From sequence record SRR22947725_1514: DNA of 54,056 nucleotides; one strand, given 5' to 3'. Both the position numbers and the translations under genes were made by a program. Below are positions 48,005 through 54,056 of this stretch, piece after piece (the first letter of the stretch is position 1; the number at the start of each line of letters is the position of its first letter). The notes below the pieces were generated by a model that had not been told where the DNA came from, made no database searches, and saw only the letters and a list, made by a program, of their open reading frames with translations.

Positions 48005-48259
48005 ATGGTAGACAAAGAAATTTTAGAAGCAATTGCTGAATTAAGCGAATCTGAGCTAAAACGCCTAAAACTTCTAATTGATAATAAATTAAATTTAGAA
48101 ATTAATAAATCAAAGATTTCATATAGAAGTAAAAAAATAAAGTGTGGAAGAGAATCATGCAATTCCTGTCCACATGGACCTTATTGGTATGCGGAATGGA
48201 CTGAAGAAGGCAAAAGAAAAACTAAATATTTAGGGAAAATACTAGATGAAATTTCTTAA
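48005..48259 (+). CDS. Small Cys/His protein, DUF6788-like
   Basis: KCGRESCNSCPHGPYWY...GKRKTKYLGK; N-terminal amphipathic helix; TAACAT-N7-ATG. Confidence 0.8.
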   Translation: MVDKEILEAIAELSESELKRLKLLIDNKLNLEINKSKISYRSKKIKCGRESCNSCPHGPYWYAEWTEEGKRKTKYLGKILDEIS

Positions 48260-50432
48260 CAATTTGACAATACCTAGTTTTAAAATGACTTACCTTTATA
48301 TACTTGCAATTTTAATCCTTAGACTTGACCTGGTCTTTTTGAACACTATGCCGACAGGCGGAGATATGGGAGCACATGTTGTCCCAATAAAGTATTTTAT
48401 TGATAATTTTGCATTAAATTTTCAACTAAATGGATGGTCAAATGATTGGTTTGCAGGATACCCTTTGTATTTTTTTTATTTCCCATTTCCTGCAGTTTTA
48501 ACTTTCTTTTTAAATCTTATTTTTCCCTACCCAATAGCTTTCAAATTGATGGTAGTTGTTTCAATTATCATCACAATCTATTCATTCGAAAGAATTTTTA
48601 GAAAAAATCAAGCCAGTTTCTCATTCTTAGGATTTGTTGCTGGAATAACATATGTACTTACTGAGTCGTTCACTATTTATGGAGGTAATCTTGCATCTAC
48701 GTTAGCTGGTCAGTTCTCATTTACCTACTCAGTAGCTTTTGCTAACTTGGCTATTGCATTCATTTCTAATACTGAAAATAAAAATAAACATGTTTTAAGT
48801 GCAGTATTTCTAGGACTGAGTCTTTTAAGCCATTTAATTCCATTCATTATTTATGGTGTGATCTATATATATTTTTGGATTCGAGAAAAAAATACATCAA
48901 TAGAGAAAATCTCGTCTGCATTAATTTTTATTTTTCTTACAGTTAGATTCACTACATCATTATTTGCAAATTTGGAATACACAACAAATATGAGTTATAC
49001 GCCATATACAAAAATAAGTGATTTAGTTAAAAGTGACGTGACACCATTTTTAGTTGCTTTTGTTATTATTTTTTTAATAAATAGTAAAAAAATTTACTCT
49101 CGAAAAGATACATCAATTTTCGAATGGTCGCTATTAATTATTTCTATTCTTTTATATTTTTATGTACCCGAAGGTGCCTTGTGGAATGGAAGAGTTGTAA
49201 GCTTTTTTAATCTGGCTGTAATTGTTCTATTTTTTAAAGTAATTGAATCGAGTATGGAAGAAATTTTTAAATACGAGCAGGGTAAAATTATTATTAAATT
49301 CCTGAGTGCAATTTTGTTATCAGTTTACCTTTTTAACTTTTTTCAAAAGTGGAATATAGCAAGCTATAAAAGTTTTATCTATCCGTTAATACTTATGGCT
49401 CTTATAGGTATTGTTTATTTCTTTTCTTCATCAACCGATATTTTTAAGTTAAGTTTCGCTTTTTCAATTATTCTCACAATAACATTTCTACCCTATTGGG
49501 TAAGTTGGAATTTTAACGGGTATGAAAATAAAGATCAGTGGAGTGATATAGATAGTCTGTATTCAAATTTAAATGAACTGCCTCCTGGGAGGATTATGTG
49601 GGAACCAAATGCGGATTTAAACAAATATGGTACGCCGATGGTATTAATGACTATACCTTTGTACACACATCACTCCAGTATGGAGGGATTGTATTTTGAC
49701 TCAAGTATCACTACACCATTTCATTTCATTGCGGTATCTGGCTTAGCGGAGAGGCCTTCAAATCCTGTTGGTGGATTAAGGTATATCAATAATCAATTCG
49801 AACAAGGCCAGCAGTATTTAGAAGATTTAGGAGTTGATTATTTTATTACTTACACTGATACAATTACTGAAAAATCACAAGCTAGCGATAAATTAAATTT
49901 CCTTTTTTCTTCAGGGCCCTTTTCGGTCTTCAGTATTGAATCAGAAAAAATTGAGTTGGTTACTCAAAATATAATTGAGTTTGAAAAAGTACCTTTCCTT
50001 GAAAGAACCATGAGTTCTTTATTTAGAAATACCGACTACAGTAATTTTTTTACTTCAGCATATGAAAATTTTAGTAATTTGGACTCAGAAAGAGTTATTG
50101 AATTACCAAATACTCATTACAAATTAAAAAAAAGTCTTGCTGATAAGGCAGAAATTACAAATCTAAAAATAACTTCAAATACAATATCATTCACTACAGA
50201 CAGACCAAATGAACTTCATCAAATTAAAGTATCCTATTTTCCTAATTGGAAGATTGTAAACGGGGAGGGGCCATATAGAATCTCACCATCATTCATGGCT
50301 GTTGTTCCGAATTCAGAAAATGTTGAGCTAACTTTTATTAAAACTCAAAAAGAATCAAATTCTTTTTATATAGCTTTATTTTCATTATTGTTGTTTGTAG
50401 GACTTTCGCAAAAAAGGAAAACAGGTGAGTAA
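48246..50432 (+). CDS. GT-C-like polytopic membrane protein (YfhO / PTPS-related family)
   Basis: Many TM segments; TGGDMGAH loop, GW...WFAGYP...FY.P, SYFPNW near the C-terminus. Confidence 0.75.
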   Translation: MKFLNNLTIPSFKMTYLYILAILILRLDLVFLNTMPTGGDMGAHVVPIKYFIDNFALNFQLNGWSNDWFAGYPLYFFYFPFPAVLTFFLNLIFPYPIAFKLMVVVSIIITIYSFERIFRKNQASFSFLGFVAGITYVLTESFTIYGGNLASTLAGQFSFTYSVAFANLAIAFISNTENKNKHVLSAVFLGLSLLSHLIPFIIYGVIYIYFWIREKNTSIEKISSALIFIFLTVRFTTSLFANLEYTTNMSYTPYTKISDLVKSDVTPFLVAFVIIFLINSKKIYSRKDTSIFEWSLLIISILLYFYVPEGALWNGRVVSFFNLAVIVLFFKVIESSMEEIFKYEQGKIIIKFLSAILLSVYLFNFFQKWNIASYKSFIYPLILMALIGIVYFFSSSTDIFKLSFAFSIILTITFLPYWVSWNFNGYENKDQWSDIDSLYSNLNELPPGRIMWEPNADLNKYGTPMVLMTIPLYTHHSSMEGLYFDSSITTPFHFIAVSGLAERPSNPVGGLRYINNQFEQGQQYLEDLGVDYFITYTDTITEKSQASDKLNFLFSSGPFSVFSIESEKIELVTQNIIEFEKVPFLERTMSSLFRNTDYSNFFTSAYENFSNLDSERVIELPNTHYKLKKSLADKAEITNLKITSNTISFTTDRPNELHQIKVSYFPNWKIVNGEGPYRISPSFMAVVPNSENVELTFIKTQKESNSFYIALFSLLLFVGLSQKRKTGE

Positions 50433-50904
50433 GCTCATACAATTCATAAAAAATAATCCTCTTGTAAGTGGAGATAATTCATTAGCTCAATTGTTTAGAA
50501 CGTATGTAGTTGGTGCTATAAACCTTTCAATAGGATTATTTTTAAACTATTTATTTCAATTTTTTATTTTTTACAATATTGAGATACCACTAAGAACATA
50601 CTTGACAAATATTGGATCTTTTTCAATCGGAGTTGTTATTTCTTATTTTTTATCTAGAAAGATAATTTTTAAACTTTCCTCAGCAAAAGGAAATTTTATC
50701 GAGTTCTTAAATTTTACTCTTACAAACCTAATCAATCTAATTTTTCCATTACTTATTTGGTACACAATAAATGTTTATAGACCTTCAGTACAAGAAAATG
50801 AACTCCAATTTTTAATTGCAACTGTTCTAATCAACGGCATTATTTTGCCAATAAAATATATAATTTATAAATTTTTTGTATTTAAAGACTCTTTAGAAAG
50901 TTGA
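50425..50904 (+). CDS. GtrA-like 4-TM flippase
   Basis: QLFR..VVG, ISYFLSR..IF, KFFVF; lies between GT-C and GT2 genes. Confidence 0.75.
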   Translation: MSKLIQFIKNNPLVSGDNSLAQLFRTYVVGAINLSIGLFLNYLFQFFIFYNIEIPLRTYLTNIGSFSIGVVISYFLSRKIIFKLSSAKGNFIEFLNFTLTNLINLIFPLLIWYTINVYRPSVQENELQFLIATVLINGIILPIKYIIYKFFVFKDSLES

Positions 50905-51599
50905 ATTCTTAATTTCACTAAACTCTTAATTGTTCTTGGAATCCTTTTATAAATTACAGACACACTTGGTCGAATTTCATTTACCACAGCTGGAATTTCT
51001 AGAATCTTTTCATTATTTTTCTCGATTCTAATTAATAGCTCTGTATCAAATAGATCTTGAGTAGATACAACATTTTGAACTTCTTTTATAATAGATGTTT
51101 TTCTTACTGCTTTCATACCATGTGTATCGGATAAATTGGTTTTAAACAGTATTTTTAAAATTCCAACAAAAGTAAGTGTTGCAATTCTTCTAACCAACCT
51201 TCTGCCGTCAGCTGACTTTACAAGCCTTTTTGAAGCTGTGATTGCTGAGTAAGTTCTTTCAAGACCAAGAGCTTGATTTAGGAAATCTTCTGAGAAATAA
51301 TCGATATCATAAGAAATTACTATTTCATTGTTAGCCTGAATAAATCCTTGCTTTAAAGCATTCCCATAATTGGCTAATTTCAAACTAATTACTCGACATT
51401 CTTTTTTATCACTAATGAATTCATCAATTAGTGATAAAGTGTTGTCTTCTGAACCATTTTCGACAAAGATAATTTCAAACTCCAATTGTTTTCTTTTGCA
51501 AATATCATATATTTGTGCGGCAGATTGTAAGACAATATCTTCTTCGTTGTATACAGGAACTACAACAGAAAAGTTTTTTACAGTAAAATTGCCACCCAT
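50865..51599 (-). CDS. GT2 glycosyltransferase, polyprenol-phosphate sugar synthase-like
   Basis: SVVVPVYNEE, ENGSEDNT, YGNAL..G, DID, SDTHG.K, FDTELL. Confidence 0.88.
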   Translation of the reverse strand: MGGNFTVKNFSVVVPVYNEEDIVLQSAAQIYDICKRKQLEFEIIFVENGSEDNTLSLIDEFISDKKECRVISLKLANYGNALKQGFIQANNEIVISYDIDYFSEDFLNQALGLERTYSAITASKRLVKSADGRRLVRRIATLTFVGILKILFKTNLSDTHGMKAVRKTSIIKEVQNVVSTQDLFDTELLIRIEKNNEKILEIPAVVNEIRPSVSVIYKRIPRTIKSLVKLRIQLSKESLNTKNL

Positions 51600-51620
51600 T
51601 CTCTGTACAATAACTTAATA

Positions 51621-52961
51621 ATGATTCAAAATAAACTAGATTTAATTTTTAAAGCATATGATGTAAGAGGTGTTTATGGAGAAACACTTACTCTAGATAT
51701 TGCATACAATATAGGAATTGCTTTTAGTAAATTCGTTGAAGATGAAAAGATTATTGTAGGTCATGATGGAAGAACTTCAAATCTTGAAATATTTAATGCA
51801 GTTGCTGCAGGAATAAAATCTGAAAAAAAAGAAGTTTATTATATTGGAACAGTTCCAACTGATGTTGTATATTCACTCTCTGGATTAATGAATTTACCTG
51901 GATTAATTATTACTGCTTCTCACAATCCCAAAGAATGGAATGGTTTTAAATTTTGTCAATCTGGGGCATCTCCTATAGGAGTAGAATCTGGTTTGCTTGA
52001 TATAAAGAAATTTGCCTCTGAAAATCATAATTTGCCTTCCTCGTTCCCAGATACAGAAAAAGAAGATGTCATTACCGACTATATGAATCATTTGAACAAT
52101 ATTGTTAAAGCTGAAAATATTAATAGTTCCATTATGTTTGCAATCGATGGTGGAAATGGTGCCATTGGATCTGTAATCAAGAATCTTGCTACTGAGTACA
52201 ACTTAGATTACGAAGGAATGTATATGGATGTAGATGGTACCTTCCCTAATCATCCCGCAGATCCATCTAATCCAGATAATTTAGTAGAACTTGTCGAGTG
52301 TGTTGTTTCAAATAATTATCAATTTGGAGTTGCATTTGATGGGGATGCAGATAGAGCAGTATTTTCAGATGACAAGGGAAACATTATTTCAGGAAGTATT
52401 ATGACCGCAATAATTGCTGATTGGCTCTTCGAAAAGAGGGGAGACATCAAGGTTGTTCATAATGTTAACGTTCCACCTTCTGTGACCAATTATCTAGCTA
52501 ACAAAGGAATTAATTTAATTAGATCTAGGGTTGGACATTCTTATATAAAACAGATAATGCGAGAGGAAGATGCTGACTTTGGAGGAGAGCACAGTGCACA
52601 TTTTTATCTCAGAGAAAATTTTTATGCTGATTCAGGTATTGTCACTCTTTTAATATTTTTACAGATATTGTCTGAAAAAAAACTTACCCCCTCGGAACTA
52701 ATATCTAGCTACAACTTTTTCCCATCTTCAGGTGAAATTAACTTTACAGTTAATGATGTTGAGCAAAGTATATTATCGGTAAAAAAAAGTTTTGAAAAGA
52801 CCTTCGATACTCTTGACGGTATATCATATTTTGAAGAAAATTACTGGTTCAATATCAGAGGATCTAATACAGAACCCAAATTAAGACTAAATGCGGAAGC
52901 TGAAAAAATTGAGGAACTCGACAACTTACTAAATAAAATAAGAAATATAATAGAAGAGTAA
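51621..52961 (+). CDS. manB: Phosphomannomutase/phosphoglucomutase
   Basis: FKAYDVRG, TASHNP, FPNHPADP, DGDADR, GEHSAH, SNTEP.LR. Confidence 0.93.
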   Translation: MIQNKLDLIFKAYDVRGVYGETLTLDIAYNIGIAFSKFVEDEKIIVGHDGRTSNLEIFNAVAAGIKSEKKEVYYIGTVPTDVVYSLSGLMNLPGLIITASHNPKEWNGFKFCQSGASPIGVESGLLDIKKFASENHNLPSSFPDTEKEDVITDYMNHLNNIVKAENINSSIMFAIDGGNGAIGSVIKNLATEYNLDYEGMYMDVDGTFPNHPADPSNPDNLVELVECVVSNNYQFGVAFDGDADRAVFSDDKGNIISGSIMTAIIADWLFEKRGDIKVVHNVNVPPSVTNYLANKGINLIRSRVGHSYIKQIMREEDADFGGEHSAHFYLRENFYADSGIVTLLIFLQILSEKKLTPSELISSYNFFPSSGEINFTVNDVEQSILSVKKSFEKTFDTLDGISYFEENYWFNIRGSNTEPKLRLNAEAEKIEELDNLLNKIRNIIEE

Positions 52962-52963
52962 AA

Positions 52964-53962
52964 ATGACAAATATTGCTTATGAATTAGGAAACCAAGTTC
53001 AGGAAAAACTCGAGACCTCAGACGGAATTAACTCAATTTCTTACGAGTCTCTTCTGATAATGGGAATGGGTGGTTCTGGGGTTTCTGGAGATGTTTTGAA
53101 ACTTTTATCTAACTTATCGACCTCAACTGAGGTAAATGTTGTAAAAAATTATGAAATTCCAACTCATTTGCTTGAAAGTAAACCTTTTTGTTTATTTATA
53201 TCTTATTCTGGAAATACAGAAGAGACTATATCAGCACTCAATGATGCTTTAAAGAATGAACTTAATTTTGCGGTAATTTCAAGCGGTGGAAAGCTGATTC
53301 AATTAGCAAAAGAACATGGTAAAGAGTTTATTCGGATACCTACGGGTCTTCAGCCACGTGCTGCTTTTGGGTATCTGGCTCAAGCAGTTTGTATTGTCTT
53401 AGATAATAATGAAAAAACGGATTATTCTTCCCAGTTACATGAATCTGGAAAGTATTTAAATGAGTTACTCAATAAAGGTGAGGATTCTGATATAGAAAAT
53501 ATTGCTAAATCCTATGCTAAAGAAATTATGAATAAAACTTGTGTTATTTATGGCGGTACCGGATTGACTGAACTTGTTAGCTCTAGATGGAAAACACAAA
53601 TCAATGAGAATGCAAAAGCTAAAGCCTTCATTGGGTCCATACCTGAAGTGCACCATAATGAAATTCTTTCATGGCAGGCAGATGAAAATGGGAGTAAAGA
53701 AAACTTTATTATAATATTTCTACGAAGTCCTCATGAGCATGCCAAGGTTAAAAAACGTTTTGAATTAACTGAGAAATTATTAGGAGAGAAAGTTAAGATT
53801 TTGAATGTATTTCCAAAAGAATCTGATGATAAACTAAAAATCTTAATGGAGCTAGTATTACTTGGAGATTTATTAAGTATTCATTTAGCTGAATATTTAG
53901 AAATGGTGCCAGAAGACATAGACACTATAGAAGAATTAAAGAAATTATTGGAGGAGAAATAA
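52964..53962 (+). CDS. Bifunctional phosphoglucose/phosphomannose isomerase (SIS family)
   Basis: GMGGSG, SYSGNTEET, QPRAA, RWKTQINENAK, PE.HHNE. Confidence 0.92.
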   Translation: MTNIAYELGNQVQEKLETSDGINSISYESLLIMGMGGSGVSGDVLKLLSNLSTSTEVNVVKNYEIPTHLLESKPFCLFISYSGNTEETISALNDALKNELNFAVISSGGKLIQLAKEHGKEFIRIPTGLQPRAAFGYLAQAVCIVLDNNEKTDYSSQLHESGKYLNELLNKGEDSDIENIAKSYAKEIMNKTCVIYGGTGLTELVSSRWKTQINENAKAKAFIGSIPEVHHNEILSWQADENGSKENFIIIFLRSPHEHAKVKKRFELTEKLLGEKVKILNVFPKESDDKLKILMELVLLGDLLSIHLAEYLEMVPEDIDTIEELKKLLEEK

Positions 53963-54056
53963 TGTCATCAATCAAAGATGTAAAATTAGCTAACGTTGGA
54001 CACCAAGAAGTTGACTGGGCTGCAAGACAAATGAAAGTCTTAGAAGATATAAAAAC
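53962..54056 (+). CDS. ahcY: Adenosylhomocysteinase, N-terminal fragment cut by the window end
   Basis: MSSIKDVKLANVGHQEVDWAARQMKVLEDIK resembles the AhcY N-terminus; SD GGAGGA; ATG overlaps the previous stop; matches actinobacterial manB..sahH synteny. Confidence 0.8.
   Translation, partial: MSSIKDVKLANVGHQEVDWAARQMKVLEDIK

Noticed and set aside
48005-48259. Calling the small Cys protein WhiB or an IS accessory gene
   Set aside because: Cys spacing and the GxWGG turn do not match WhiB; there is no transposase or terminal repeat nearby.
4199-53656. Many short antisense or alternate-frame ORFs (e.g. 10063-10356, 25462-25863, 27198-27575, 28801-29259, 40885-41292, 47959-48162)
   Set aside because: They are shadows of well-supported genes, with no motifs or initiation signals.
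1-54056. tRNA, rRNA, CRISPR arrays, transposases
   Set aside because: Intergenic gaps are almost all under 100 bp, and none shows cloverleaf, rRNA or repeat-spacer patterns by eye.

Overview
AT-rich (roughly one-third GC by eye), extremely compact chromosomal segment of mostly housekeeping genes. Gene order and content are actinobacterial (sufB-sufD-Rieske-sufC; pyrR-B-C-carA-carB-pyrF; lpd-E2-lipB/lipA; manC..cofE-cofD..manB-PGI/PMI-ahcY). Together with the low GC this suggests a streamlined marine Acidimicrobiia genome such as Ca. Actinomarinales (inference). Contents: a split Suf Fe-S system with two sufC paralogs, fumC, rpiB, a de novo pyrimidine operon, a BMP-family nucleoside ABC transporter with a divergent purine PRTase, a 2-oxoacid dehydrogenase operon (fused E1, fused LipB-LipA), tkt, a Cys-rich SpoIID/peptidoglycan-binding protein, pduO, pepA, a class A PBP, prpC-prpD, F420 genes and a mannose/GT-C glycosylation cluster. 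I saw no tRNA, rRNA, CRISPR array, transposase or integrase. Top lead: the pyr operon ends in miniature PyrD and PyrE genes plus a tightly coupled gene resembling the aGPT-Pplase1 / 5-hmdU-DNA-kinase helical domain of phage thymine hypermodification. Other leads: a Cys3His small protein at the usual whiB position, a structured leader before lpd, an unannotated 28-aa membrane ORF, a ~137-aa insertion in the PBP, and pervasive leaderless promoters. All family calls come from motif recognition, not database searches.
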